The translations under genes and the position numbers were made by a program. A model generated the notes under the pieces. That model was not told where the DNA came from. It made no database searches and saw nothing but the letters and a program-made list of their open reading frames with translations. This document shows, piece after piece, positions 50,632 through 61,246 of a stretch of 62,837 bases of DNA. The stretch's first letter is position 1, and every line of letters starts with the position of its first letter. Source of the stretch: an archaeon (GTDB taxonomy: Archaea > Nanobdellota > Nanobdellia > SCGC-AAA011-G17 > GW2011-AR17); contig JABHYY010000004.1 in NCBI GenBank assembly GCA_018653605.1, forward strand, positions 1 through 62,837, given 5' to 3'.

Positions 50632-51530
50632 TAATCATTACTTTCCCAAAACTTACCAGAATTAATAGTTTCCCACTCTTTTTTAACTTTTTTCTGAATA
50701 TAATTTATCATAGAAGCATTCAGATGTTTATACCTACCCTGCATTTTCAAAACATCTTTAACAGGAGTCATTGCTGGTTTAATATTAATTGTAACTTTTT
50801 TGTTTTCAATTTCATAAACAGGCCACATACCTGAATCAACTATCATCTTTCCAACTTTAAACATTTCATTAGTCTTAACTAACCAACCTGGTTCACAAGG
50901 TGTTAACAGATCAATAAATTTGAAACCCTTAATCTTAGAAGCTTTTTGCAATTTTTCAATAAAATCATGTGGATAACTAGTTGAAGCAGTAGCAGAATAA
51001 ACAGCACCATTTTGTGCCATCAACTTAGCCAAACTTTTCCTAGGCAATAAATTACCAAATTTGTTTTTCTTACCAATGGGACTAGTAAGGGTACGAGCAT
51101 ACTCAGGTGTTTCAGCAGAAACTTGATGTCCTGTATTAGCATAGTTTCCATTGTTATAACAAATGTAAATTATATTATCATTTCTATAAGCAGCACCAGA
51201 AACAGCACCAAATCCAATTTCAGAAGTTGAACCATCACCAGCATAACAAACAACATTAACTTTTTTACCCTGCGCTTCAAACCCTTTTGCAACACCAGTT
51301 GCAGTAGAAGCAGCATTCTCAATAGCATTAAACAACCAAGGTGTTTTATAACAAGTGTAAGGATGAGTTGCAGTCAGTGTCATACATCCTGCAGCATTAA
51401 TAATAACAGTATCTTTACCAAGAGCCATTCCAACCAACCTCAAACCATAAATAGCCTGGCAACCAGTACAAGCAAAAGTTCCTCCAGTAATCAACTCTTT
51501 TTTCTTTGCTAACTGTTTTACATTAACCAT
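50628..51530 (-). CDS. porB: Pyruvate:ferredoxin oxidoreductase beta subunit
   Basis: ACTGC, ENAA, GDG...IG, N..Y.NTG.Q, PC..GW. Confidence 0.9.
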   Translation of the reverse strand: MVNVKQLAKKKELITGGTFACTGCQAIYGLRLVGMALGKDTVIINAAGCMTLTATHPYTCYKTPWLFNAIENAASTATGVAKGFEAQGKKVNVVCYAGDGSTSEIGFGAVSGAAYRNDNIIYICYNNGNYANTGHQVSAETPEYARTLTSPIGKKNKFGNLLPRKSLAKLMAQNGAVYSATASTSYPHDFIEKLQKASKIKGFKFIDLLTPCEPGWLVKTNEMFKVGKMIVDSGMWPVYEIENKKVTINIKPAMTPVKDVLKMQGRYKHLNASMINYIQKKVKKEWETINSGKFWESNDY

Positions 51531-52642
51531 TTCCTCACCTCTTTACCTTTTTTCAAATCATCAAATATTTCAATAAACTCTTTATCACTAACATCTTTCC
51601 CACCCAAACCACCAATATAATTGCTAACCTTTACACTTGGCAACATACCACGAACCTCTGAGAACAAAATCCCTGACAAACCAGGTGCAATGCTTTGGTC
51701 AACAACACCAACATGTTTAACTCCCTTCAACATTTTCTTAAATAAGATCTCATTAAATGGTCTCAAAACCCTAATTCTTAACAAACCAACCTTTCTACCT
51801 TTCTTTCTTAATTGATCAACTGCATTCTTAGCAATAGTTGTATAACTTCCCATCATAACAATAACCTCTTTAGCACCACTCAATTTATACCCTTCAAAGA
51901 AATCATACTTCCTGCCAGTTAACTTGTACCAATCAGAATGAACTTTCTTAATAACACTAACAGAATCCAACATTGCTCTGTGCACTTGTGACCTAAAATA
52001 CATATAACCATGTAAAACAGGAACAGCCATTGATTTTGGATTTCTAACATCTAACTTAATTTTCAAATCTTGTTTAGGAATAAACTTATCAACCATTTTT
52101 TGTTTAGGTATAACCACTTGTTCTCTGGTAAAAGAATGAACAAACCCATCCATGTTAACTAAAACAGGTAATACAATTTTTTTATCTTCACTAATTTTAT
52201 AACTCATAATTACAGAATCTAAAACTTCTTGATTTGTTTCACAAACCAACATAATCCAACCAAAATCACGAACAGACAAAACATCACTGTGATCACACCA
52301 AAGCGATATTGGAGCGCTAACAGCACGAGAAACATTCACATAAACCATAGGCAACCTAGTTCCAGAAATGTTTGGAAAAATTTCATGAGCTAACAACAAC
52401 CCTTGCGAAGAAGAAGCAGTAAAAGTTCTAGCACCAGTTGCAGCACTACCTAAAGCAGCACTCAACACAGAATGCTCTGAATCAACTTGCTCAAAAAGTC
52501 CTTTAAACTCCCCATCAGCTTTCCACTGTGCAATTGTTTCAATTATTTCAGTTTGAGGAGTAATAGGATAACAAGGAACATACTGTACTCTAGCTAAACG
52601 AGCTCCCCATGCAGCACATTGGTTTCCATCTAATAATTCCAT
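51518..52642 (-). CDS. porA: Pyruvate:ferredoxin oxidoreductase alpha subunit
   Basis: YPITPQT, SEHS, SSQGL, DHSD, DGF..S. Confidence 0.92.
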   Translation of the reverse strand: MELLDGNQCAAWGARLARVQYVPCYPITPQTEIIETIAQWKADGEFKGLFEQVDSEHSVLSAALGSAATGARTFTASSSQGLLLAHEIFPNISGTRLPMVYVNVSRAVSAPISLWCDHSDVLSVRDFGWIMLVCETNQEVLDSVIMSYKISEDKKIVLPVLVNMDGFVHSFTREQVVIPKQKMVDKFIPKQDLKIKLDVRNPKSMAVPVLHGYMYFRSQVHRAMLDSVSVIKKVHSDWYKLTGRKYDFFEGYKLSGAKEVIVMMGSYTTIAKNAVDQLRKKGRKVGLLRIRVLRPFNEILFKKMLKGVKHVGVVDQSIAPGLSGILFSEVRGMLPSVKVSNYIGGLGGKDVSDKEFIEIFDDLKKGKEVRKWLM

Positions 52643-52643
52643 T

Positions 52644-52916
52644 TTATTTTTTCACCATCCTAATACATTTAACAGGGCAATGCTCAGCACATATGCCACA
52701 ACCTTTACAATTTTTACTAATCAATTTAGGACTTCCTTTAACAACTTTGTAAGCAACATCAGGACATTGCATCCAACAGGTTAAACATTTAATACATTTT
52801 GAATAATCAATAACAGGAGTGACAACTCTCCAAGTAGACATATCTTTAACAACACCAACTTTACAATGAGGAACTCCTTTTTCTCTCTCATTTTTCAACT
52901 GATTTTCACTTAACAT
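52644..52916 (-). CDS. porD: Pyruvate:ferredoxin oxidoreductase delta subunit
   Basis: WR...P, CIKCLTCW..CPD, CKGCGIC...CP. Confidence 0.92.
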   Translation of the reverse strand: MLSENQLKNEREKGVPHCKVGVVKDMSTWRVVTPVIDYSKCIKCLTCWMQCPDVAYKVVKGSPKLISKNCKGCGICAEHCPVKCIRMVKK

Positions 52917-53419
52917 CTTACTTTTTCATAACACTCCTTTGCAGCCAACATATTTTTCTTAACAATCTCTTTACCTTTTTTACCTAACTCAATACTAACA
53001 GCTTTTTCTAAATCCTTCAGACTAAACAGTTTAGAAACTTTACAAAAAGCACCTAATAATGCAATATTAGGAACATTCCTTCCAAGATGTTTCATTGCAA
53101 TCTCAGAAGCATTAACATTACAATATGCAGTACCATTAACAACAACTTTAGTACTTTTTTTCTTCCCATCCATCACAACTTTATCATCAATACTCTCATC
53201 AAGAACAATAATATAATCAGGTTCATGGATATAACCTCTTGTACCAATTTTTTTCTTATCTAGTCTAACAAAACTTACAACAGGAGCACCTCTTCTTTCA
53301 GCACCATAAAGTGCAAAATCTTGTGTTAAATTCCCTTTCAAGAAAGCAGCCCTAGCAAGAATTTGTGCACTCTTCTTAATACCTTGACCACCTCTTCCAT
53401 GAATTCTAATCTCTATCAT
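52910..53419 (-). CDS. porG: Pyruvate:ferredoxin oxidoreductase gamma subunit
   Basis: EIRIHGRGGQG, YGAERRGAP, PN...LGA. Confidence 0.92.
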   Translation of the reverse strand: MIEIRIHGRGGQGIKKSAQILARAAFLKGNLTQDFALYGAERRGAPVVSFVRLDKKKIGTRGYIHEPDYIIVLDESIDDKVVMDGKKKSTKVVVNGTAYCNVNASEIAMKHLGRNVPNIALLGAFCKVSKLFSLKDLEKAVSIELGKKGKEIVKKNMLAAKECYEKVRC

Positions 53420-53466
53420 TGATTCACTATAATAAGAAGTATATTTGTTTAAATAACTTTCTTAAA

Positions 53467-53781
53467 CTAAATTCTATCTAATATAGGTTCAGTAGGAGTT
53501 CCTACAGGATCAAACTCTCCTTCTTCACATCTTGCTAATAATTCATTTATGTAAGGGACATCATTCTCAGGAGAAATTCCACGACTAAATCTCATAAAAT
53601 AATCTCCCTCCTCAAGCATCCTTACATCATCAACATAGCAACTGCCATCATCCTCTCTTCCAATATCATAATTACCTACAGTTTGCAAAAATTGACCAGA
53701 TCTCATATAAGCACATCCATTTAATGTACCTAAGGAAAATGCAAACAATACTAACTTATTAACAGTTGACGCCAAATTCAT
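53467..53781 (-). CDS. Hypothetical lipoprotein-like protein
   Basis: Hydrophobic N-terminus ending LNGC. Confidence 0.5.
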   Translation of the reverse strand: MNLASTVNKLVLFAFSLGTLNGCAYMRSGQFLQTVGNYDIGREDDGSCYVDDVRMLEEGDYFMRFSRGISPENDVPYINELLARCEEGEFDPVGTPTEPILDRI

Positions 53782-53843
53782 AGAAAACAGTAATTTGTCT
53801 CTATTTAAAAAACTTTTTAAACCCTTTAAGCATAAGCATATAC

Positions 53844-54623
53844 ATGCCCTGGAGATTATTTAAAAGAGGAGAAAAACCGAAAGTAGGCTTTGTTTCCTTT
53901 ACTGGTTGTCAAGGTTGCCAATTTTCAATATTATTCATAGATAATATATTAAAGATATTAAAAAAGTTTGACATAAAATATTTTCATTTATTAAAAGAAA
54001 AAAATAAAGAATCAGATTTTGATCTAATATTTGTAGAAGGTGCAATCTCAACAAAAAGTCAAGTAAAGAAATTAAAAGAGATTAGAAAGAAATCAAAATA
54101 CTTGGTAGCCTTTGGAACATGTGCAACCTGTGGTGGGATTCCAGCAATGAGAAATTTCTTAGAGGCAGATGAATTAAAAAAACATGTTTACAATCAAAAA
54201 TTATCCAAAGATTCAATAGATGCAGGTCCAGTAGAAAAACATGTTAAGGTGGACTATCATATGTATGGTTGCCCTGTTATTAAAAAAGAATTTGTTAATT
54301 TTATAAAAACTTTCTTAAAGAAAAAAGAAGTTAAAGAATGTGAAACACCAGTATGCTTAGAATGCCCTAGAAAAGGAAAAAATTGTTATCTGTTAGAAAA
54401 GGTTCCTTGTTTAGGTGCTGTAACACATGGTGGTTGCAATGCATTGTGCATTAGAAACAATCATCAATGTATTGCTTGCAGAGGACCACTAAAAACTGCA
54501 AACTTTGCAGCAGAAGTAAAACTATTTGAAAATCTTGGATTATCAGAAAAAGACATAAAGAACAAACTACACAAATTCATAAACAATGAAAAAAATAACA
54601 CTAAACCACATAACAAAGATTGA
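53844..54623 (+). CDS. [NiFe] hydrogenase small subunit, group 3b-like
   Basis: CQGC, EG, G.CA..GG, GCP, VC.EC, C.G..T..GC.A.C, C..CRG. Confidence 0.9.
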   Translation: MPWRLFKRGEKPKVGFVSFTGCQGCQFSILFIDNILKILKKFDIKYFHLLKEKNKESDFDLIFVEGAISTKSQVKKLKEIRKKSKYLVAFGTCATCGGIPAMRNFLEADELKKHVYNQKLSKDSIDAGPVEKHVKVDYHMYGCPVIKKEFVNFIKTFLKKKEVKECETPVCLECPRKGKNCYLLEKVPCLGAVTHGGCNALCIRNNHQCIACRGPLKTANFAAEVKLFENLGLSEKDIKNKLHKFINNEKNNTKPHNKD

Positions 54624-55860
54624 AGGCCATGCTAAGCTAAATCTTGAAATAGAAAAAGGCAAAGTTAAAACTTGCGAACTATCTATTTTTGAAGGTTCAA
54701 GATTTTTTGAAGGTATACTAAAAACTCAGGATTACTCAGAATTACCAGACATAACTTCAAGAATTTGTGGTATCTGCTCAATATTTCATACAATTGCGTC
54801 AATCAGAACAGTAGAGTCAGCATTTAACATTAAAGTTTCAGAACAAACAGATTTGTTGAGAGAACTTCTTTTAATTGGTGGTATGATACAGAGCCATATT
54901 TTACACTTGTACTTCTTAGTTCTCCCTGACTACCATGGTTGCAAAAATGCTTTGGAGTTAGCTGCAAAAGATAAATCCTTGATTAGAAGAGCATTAGAAA
55001 TTAAAAAAGTTTCAAACTTAATTGTGAATACAATCGGTGCAAGGGAAATTCATCCCATATCAGCAATAATTGGTGGGTTCACAAGACTTCCAAAAGAAAA
55101 AGAATTAAAAAAAATATTAAAAGAATTAAAAAAGTGTAAAAGGGAAGCAGAACAAACAGTAAAAATATTTCAAAACCTAAAATATCCAGAGTTTGACTTC
55201 AAATCAGACACATTTGCTCTAACTGATGGTTCTTACTTCTGTTCAGATAAAATAATCTCTTGTGAAGGAAAAGCCTGTGTTCCAACAAATGATTATGAAA
55301 AACATTTTAAAGAATATTTCAAAGAAGGTTCAACTGCAGAGTTTGCAAAAACAGATGATGGGAGTTACAGAGTTGGTGCTTTAGCAAGATTAATGTTAAA
55401 TAAACACCTTTTATCAGAGAAATCAAAATCTTTTGTAACACAAATTAAAAGTAAAGATAATCCTTTTATGAACAATGTAGCACAAGCAATAGAAATTTAT
55501 GAAGGTTTTGAACAAGCAATAAACATTTTAGAAAATCTTAAGATTAAAGAAGAAGAATTGCCAGAAGTTAAAATTAAAGCAACAACAGGAGTTTCAGCAT
55601 TAGAAGCACCAAGAGGGATTTTGTTCCACAAGTATAAGTTTGATAAGAAAGGAAAGTGCACCTTTGCAAACATTACAACACCAACAACACAGAATTTACA
55701 AAATATTGAAGATGCAATAAGAGTTTATGTTCCTGAATTGCTAAAACAAGATATGAATGAAGAACAAATTAAACTAGAGATTGAGAAATTAATAAGAGCT
55801 TATGATCCTTGTATATCTTGTTCTACTCATTTTTTAGAATTTAATTTTAAGAAAGATTAA
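54586..55860 (+). CDS. [NiFe] hydrogenase large subunit, group 3b-like
   Basis: IEGH, R.FE, RICGIC...H (L1), EAPRG, DPCISCSTH (L2) plus 9-aa C-terminal extension. Confidence 0.93.
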   Translation: MKKITLNHITKIEGHAKLNLEIEKGKVKTCELSIFEGSRFFEGILKTQDYSELPDITSRICGICSIFHTIASIRTVESAFNIKVSEQTDLLRELLLIGGMIQSHILHLYFLVLPDYHGCKNALELAAKDKSLIRRALEIKKVSNLIVNTIGAREIHPISAIIGGFTRLPKEKELKKILKELKKCKREAEQTVKIFQNLKYPEFDFKSDTFALTDGSYFCSDKIISCEGKACVPTNDYEKHFKEYFKEGSTAEFAKTDDGSYRVGALARLMLNKHLLSEKSKSFVTQIKSKDNPFMNNVAQAIEIYEGFEQAINILENLKIKEEELPEVKIKATTGVSALEAPRGILFHKYKFDKKGKCTFANITTPTTQNLQNIEDAIRVYVPELLKQDMNEEQIKLEIEKLIRAYDPCISCSTHFLEFNFKKD

Positions 55861-58800
55861 GCAGCAATTTCAACTTCAGGATCAACATACCATTTTTTGG
55901 TATTAAGATTTATTACTTTTTTTGAATCTCCATTCAAACCATATCCACACTTTTTAGAAAGATCAATGATATAATCATTAAAAAATGGATCCAAATCAAT
56001 ATTAGTTGCATAGTAGGTTGGAAACCTCACAATATTTTGATTAGAATCAACAGCAATCAACACTCTTGCTAATACCTCTCCCTTTGAATCTTTTGCCCAT
56101 AAAACTCTTTTATTTACATCAATAGCATTAACAACAGTACTCCAATAATTAGCTCCACCTGTGGATAAACAAGATCCATTAATATAATTGCCCATTTGTA
56201 AAATTTCTAAAGGATCAAATTCAGGTTGTATAATTATTTGTTTTGAAAAATTCTCATGCATCCTTTTAACACCTCTAGTAGATTTAATCCCATCAATTTG
56301 TGTTCTTAAATCAGAGATCAAATTCTCATCATACTTGTCTTTCTTTTCTGCAAGGATTTTATATATTTTTTCAACATTTTCAAAATTCAATTCTCCAAAG
56401 TCTATCTTTAATTCATTCAAGATTCTAGAACATTCATTCAAATGGTTTTTAATCCTCTCTTCTGTATTATCTTTTTTCAAATCTTCTTTAGTAATTTTAT
56501 ATTTTTTCCTAAAATCCTTATACCAATATTTATTTTTAACATTTTTTCTTAGCCAGGTTTGATTTTTTTCCAAACTAAAAGGATAGGATTTCAAAATCCT
56601 TTTTTTAGGGTAGGTATTATTTAACAATGCATTTTTTATAAGGTAAAAACAATGATTAGAAAATTCTTCTAAATCCTCTCTCTTCTCTAATCTATTCAGG
56701 ACTAATAAAGAATTAAGAAAACTCTGATTTTTTATATTCTCTTTTATTGTTCTAGCTCCCATATTGAATTTCCTCTCTAAATTTAATAATATTTTATCTT
56801 CACTAACATCTATATACAAATGATTTACCATGTCAAAAAACATTTGTCCTACCTTTCCAAAATTCTCTGATAATCTTTTAGGAGCAATTCCTTTTAAATC
56901 ATAAATAGTTTTATTATTTGAGATTATATTTAATATGTTTTTTTCATGTTTTCTTAATTTGAATATACTTTTTTTCAACTTCCTTAGTTTTAATTCTGGA
57001 TTTCGCGCAAATTTAAGATAAATATAAACTAATTCCATATAAGAATATTCATTGATGTCCCCTAATCCTTCAGTGCTATTAAAAGATTTAACAAAATCAG
57101 CATTCATTCCTTGGAATGTTATAAAATTTTTATTTAATTTACCTAAAAAGAACTTTTTTATTCTTGGAGGTAAGCTACCTATAGGAACAACGATTATTTT
57201 AACCTTATCTAATTCCTTTGTCTTAAACATCAAAGGATTAGCAATACTTAAAAATAATTGCAGTTCTTCTTTAAATCCCATTTTTAATGCTTTTATCAAT
57301 GAATAATTCCTAATAACATCTACAACTTTGTTGGGATTATTTACCATTAAATATTCAAAAAATACAATCATTTCTTCTTCAAAATCTTCAGGTAGTGCAG
57401 AGATTAACCCCGTTAATTCAATTAATTTACCTTTAGATTTACCCATCTGAACGGAGAAATCCATAAAAAGATCCCAATTATTTTTATTGATTATTCTTAT
57501 GAAAAAGGCTGGATGACTATATATTAAAGCAAACCCTATTCCATCTTTTTGAATACTACCTAATTTACAAAAGCCATCTACAATTTGATTCCAACTAATA
57601 TTCTTATTCTCCATTAATTCTTTTGCAGAAAGAAATATAAATTCTCCAATAATGTTAAAAATTTCTTTTTTACAAGATTTTTGTATTTTTAATACTCCTT
57701 CATAAATTTCTATCCAAGTTAATTTATTTGATCTTAAAGATTCTTCAGTTGCTTTAAATATGGAATTTATTACTTTTTTACAATAACTCTCTCCCAATGT
57801 TTGTCCCAAGGATGGAAATGTTTGAATTATATCTTCCCAAGTAATAAGTCCTTCCATTAAGGGCTGTAAAATTTCACCAAAACCTTCTTTGTAATAAGCA
57901 GCATCTCCCATTCTTATAAATCCATTCACTATTTCTTTCCAACTATAACCCTTTCCCAAAAGAACTCTAACAAAAAACACACCATATTGAAACATATCTT
58001 CAGTACGATGTTTACAACTATTTCCTAATGTAATATATCCCTCAACAAAATCTCTCCAATTAATTTCAGTATTAATCAAATCTGAAACTTCTCTTTGAAA
58101 AAGATGATTAAATGTTCCTAAATCCTCTATAACAACACCAGAAGCTATAGGAATACCATATTTTAAAACATGCACTTCATTTTTTGTTTCTGAATTAATC
58201 CTTAATAAACCTTCAATAGCATCTTGTAAACTAAGTTTTCCACTACAAATTGTTTTCTCTAAAGAACCTAAAGAAAAAACAAGTATTCTTCTTAATTGTC
58301 CTTGATTTAATTCCATGTCAGTAAGTTTTTTAATAATATTTAATGCTTCTCTTAGTGTTGCTCCTTTTCGATGCACAATTTTAAACAAAATACGAGTATA
58401 ATCACTAATAATATGATCCACATATATATCTTTCTTCACTTGTAAAAACCAATTAAATTCTTTAATAGCTTCATCCCAAGTAACCACTCCATCTTGTATA
58501 GAAGGAATTATTTGATAAAATGTTCCAAGAACTCCATCATCATTCTCCCATTTTTTGGATTTTATCACTAATTTTTCAAAATCTAAAACAATTCTTTCCC
58601 ATGGAACTTTTTTGCTTGTAACTAATCCTTCTACAAAATCTAAATACTGTACATAATAATCACCTTTTGAACTTAAATATCTTAAATCAGAAGGGTGTTG
58701 CTGTAAGAATTTTTTGTAATCTGGATCAGGTTCTTTAAAAAAACTATGGTGACTCATACTTCCTTTTCCCACTTCTTCAATAACATTTCCAGGATTTTCT

Positions 58801-59339
58801 TCATGATATCTTTTCAACAAATTATTTGCTTTTCTAAAAGCACTATCCAAACTAGTTATCATAGCATTGATTTCTTTAGTTTCTTCTATTAAATGATTAA
58901 AAATCTCTTGAAAATGGCTTGGAGCACCCTGGTCTTCAGACAATTGTAATTTTAATTGTGCAGGAGACATATTTTCTAGCAAAGCAGTATATTCTTTTCC
59001 TATTTGTAAAAGAACATCTCTTTCATCCATCCAGAATCTCTCTATTTTTTCATTAACTCTCATTAACAAACTATATTTTTCTGCAATTTGAGGATCTATA
59101 CTCATCAGTTTTTCAATAATTCCATCTGGAGTTGTCCACCTTCCAGCTATTTTATTAATTCTCTCTTCATATGCATACAAATAATCTAAAAGACCAACTG
59201 CTTTTTTTAGATCAAGAAGCCTTTTCCTTCCTTTTTCACTCCTAATTCTTTCAAATGTTCTTTGGAGTTCTAACAAATGTTTTTCTTCAGAAGCAAACCA
59301 TTCGATTACTAAAATAAGACTATCTTCAATATCATCCAT
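55857..59339 (-). CDS. Large hypothetical protein with helical repeats and conserved-looking C-terminal domain
   Basis: About 10 W.(D/E)I..GF...G repeats; C-terminal L.MG....SCLS..G.N...N..D.NK.V motif. Confidence 0.75.
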   Translation of the reverse strand: MDDIEDSLILVIEWFASEEKHLLELQRTFERIRSEKGRKRLLDLKKAVGLLDYLYAYEERINKIAGRWTTPDGIIEKLMSIDPQIAEKYSLLMRVNEKIERFWMDERDVLLQIGKEYTALLENMSPAQLKLQLSEDQGAPSHFQEIFNHLIEETKEINAMITSLDSAFRKANNLLKRYHEENPGNVIEEVGKGSMSHHSFFKEPDPDYKKFLQQHPSDLRYLSSKGDYYVQYLDFVEGLVTSKKVPWERIVLDFEKLVIKSKKWENDDGVLGTFYQIIPSIQDGVVTWDEAIKEFNWFLQVKKDIYVDHIISDYTRILFKIVHRKGATLREALNIIKKLTDMELNQGQLRRILVFSLGSLEKTICSGKLSLQDAIEGLLRINSETKNEVHVLKYGIPIASGVVIEDLGTFNHLFQREVSDLINTEINWRDFVEGYITLGNSCKHRTEDMFQYGVFFVRVLLGKGYSWKEIVNGFIRMGDAAYYKEGFGEILQPLMEGLITWEDIIQTFPSLGQTLGESYCKKVINSIFKATEESLRSNKLTWIEIYEGVLKIQKSCKKEIFNIIGEFIFLSAKELMENKNISWNQIVDGFCKLGSIQKDGIGFALIYSHPAFFIRIINKNNWDLFMDFSVQMGKSKGKLIELTGLISALPEDFEEEMIVFFEYLMVNNPNKVVDVIRNYSLIKALKMGFKEELQLFLSIANPLMFKTKELDKVKIIVVPIGSLPPRIKKFFLGKLNKNFITFQGMNADFVKSFNSTEGLGDINEYSYMELVYIYLKFARNPELKLRKLKKSIFKLRKHEKNILNIISNNKTIYDLKGIAPKRLSENFGKVGQMFFDMVNHLYIDVSEDKILLNLERKFNMGARTIKENIKNQSFLNSLLVLNRLEKREDLEEFSNHCFYLIKNALLNNTYPKKRILKSYPFSLEKNQTWLRKNVKNKYWYKDFRKKYKITKEDLKKDNTEERIKNHLNECSRILNELKIDFGELNFENVEKIYKILAEKKDKYDENLISDLRTQIDGIKSTRGVKRMHENFSKQIIIQPEFDPLEILQMGNYINGSCLSTGGANYWSTVVNAIDVNKRVLWAKDSKGEVLARVLIAVDSNQNIVRFPTYYATNIDLDPFFNDYIIDLSKKCGYGLNGDSKKVINLNTKKWYVDPEVEIAA

Positions 59340-59356
59340 AATAATGCTTTGTCTTT

Positions 59357-59704
59357 TTATTTAATATAAGTTTTGTTTTTCAACCCATCACAAACCTGAT
59401 CATAACTCCAACCAAAAGGCAAACAAATAACTTTAACTTCTTTAATCTCACCAACAGCCATTCGCAAACGAAGCTCAGTTCCATAATCAAAATCATGCAC
59501 AGTAACAGGATTTCGAGCCAAAAACTCATCCAAACCCAATACAACAATCTCAGAAACACCCTTAACAACATCCATAACAACCATTTCTTCACAAACTTCA
59601 CCAGAATATTTAACAAAATCAAAACCAGAAATCCTTTTGCCAACAAACTGCAAAGCCAACTCATCTCCAGAAATACTAGACCCCAGACAATACACTTTTA
59701 CCAT
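59357..59704 (-). CDS. Hydrogenase maturation endopeptidase-like protein (short)
   Basis: LG....GD..A, VMD.V, TVHD motifs; genomic context. Confidence 0.7.
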   Translation of the reverse strand: MVKVYCLGSSISGDELALQFVGKRISGFDFVKYSGEVCEEMVVMDVVKGVSEIVVLGLDEFLARNPVTVHDFDYGTELRLRMAVGEIKEVKVICLPFGWSYDQVCDGLKNKTYIK

Positions 59705-59737
59705 AATCTTTTTAAAACTACAAACCTTTAAAATTTT

Positions 59738-60664
59738 ATGGATAAAAAAAGAGGAATATTACTAGTCCTATTAACAGCAATTATCAGTGGATTTTCAATC
59801 TTCATAAACAAACTAGGAGTGCAAGGAATAGATCCTTATATATTTACATTTCTAAAAAATACATTAGTAGCAGTATTCCTTTTCTCAATAATAATCCTAG
59901 CTTACCAATACAAAAAACTAAAACAATTAAAGCTAAAGCAGTGGTTTCAACTTGCACTAGTAGGCCTTTTAGGAGGATCAATACCTTTCCTACTTTTCTT
60001 CAAAGGACTAACATTAACATCTGGTGCAACAGGAGCATTTATACACAAAATAATGTTTGTTTTCGTAGCAATCCTAGCAGTAACTTTACTTAAAGAAAAA
60101 CTAAATAAAGCACTATTCATAGCAGCAATTTTACTTCTAACAGGAAATTTACTTTTACTAAAACTAACAGCACTAACTTTTACAAGTGGAGAACTGCTAA
60201 TCCTAATAGCAACACTTTTCTGGGCAGCGGAATTTACATTCTCAAAGCACTTACTAAAAAATATAGAACCTAACCTTGTAGCTTTTGGCAGAATGTTTTT
60301 CGGATCAATATTCATAATAGCCTTTTTAGCAACAACTAGCAAGCTTACTCTAATAACAACATTAACCTTAAACCAATTTTCTTGGATACTAATAACAGCA
60401 GTCTTCTTACTCCTTTATGTTTTCACTTGGTATAATGGATTAAAACATGTAAAAGTTACAACAGCAACATGCATACTATTATTAGGCTCACCAATAACAA
60501 CAATACTATCAGCTATATTTTTACAAACAACAATAACATTCACACAAATACTAGGAATAACATTAATTTCAGCAGGTGTAATAATAACAATCTACTTCTT
60601 AGAAGCCATTTCTGCAGCATACCCAAAATGGATAAAAACAAAATCACCAATTAAAGCATCTTGA
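59738..60664 (+). CDS. DMT/EamA family transporter
   Basis: About 10 TMs with internal duplication; LLKEKL. Confidence 0.85.
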   Translation: MDKKRGILLVLLTAIISGFSIFINKLGVQGIDPYIFTFLKNTLVAVFLFSIIILAYQYKKLKQLKLKQWFQLALVGLLGGSIPFLLFFKGLTLTSGATGAFIHKIMFVFVAILAVTLLKEKLNKALFIAAILLLTGNLLLLKLTALTFTSGELLILIATLFWAAEFTFSKHLLKNIEPNLVAFGRMFFGSIFIIAFLATTSKLTLITTLTLNQFSWILITAVFLLLYVFTWYNGLKHVKVTTATCILLLGSPITTILSAIFLQTTITFTQILGITLISAGVIITIYFLEAISAAYPKWIKTKSPIKAS

Positions 60665-61062
60665 ACAAAATCATTAAACACCCTTCTCTTACCATTCTCA
60701 TACTCAACTAACAAAGTACCATTCTTAACTTCTAACACTTTAGCTTTAAACACTTTAGACAAATTCTTAAAACTTTCAGGTGCAGTTGCATAAGTTCCAA
60801 CACCTTCAGCAATTTCTTGGTTATGCCTCTCATGCCAATACTTTTTCATAACATCCATATGCCAATAATCTTCACCATGCCAATCTTTAATTTTTTCAAA
60901 AGCTCGAAAAAAAACTTTTTCTAACAAGGCTCTTTCAACAGGTTTGTTATTAATAGAAATATCTTTCAACTCATCAAACTGTTCTTGAGTAATCTCTTTC
61001 CAATCTAACAAAATATGAGCACAAGGAAATGCGTACCTCAAAAAATAATGTTCAACATCCAT
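60592..61062 (-). CDS. Protein with C-terminal HypC-like domain (DUF6390-like)
   Basis: F.RYAFP N-terminus; GDFV.IH.GYA C-terminus; overlaps hypC stop. Confidence 0.6.
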   Translation of the reverse strand: MDVEHYFLRYAFPCAHILLDWKEITQEQFDELKDISINNKPVERALLEKVFFRAFEKIKDWHGEDYWHMDVMKKYWHERHNQEIAEGVGTYATAPESFKNLSKVFKAKVLEVKNGTLLVEYENGKRRVFNDFVQDALIGDFVFIHFGYAAEMASKK

Positions 61063-61246
61063 GCTTCTCAAAAAACTCCCTAGCTTTCCGATCTACAACC
61101 TCAACAACAATTCCATTCTGTACTAAAACATAATCACCTTGCTTAATTTCATCCATTGCAAGAACTTTCTTAAACTCTCCACCCCAATCTACAACAACCT
61201 CATCTTTGTTAACTTCCACCACCTCAACTGGATATTTTAAACACAT
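61052..61246 (-). CDS. hypC: Hydrogenase chaperone HypC (atypical)
   Basis: MCL..P..VV, VVD.GG, GDYVLV; conserved His replaced by Gln. Confidence 0.8.
   Translation of the reverse strand: MCLKYPVEVVEVNKDEVVVDWGGEFKKVLAMDEIKQGDYVLVQNGIVVEVVDRKAREFFEKHGC

Noticed and set aside
53844-55860. Selenocysteine in the hydrogenase, given SelU nearby
   Set aside because: All ligand positions are Cys codons; no in-frame TGA
60592-60664. 73-bp convergent overlap of EamA and the HypC-domain gene
   Set aside because: Short 3' overlaps are common in this compact genome
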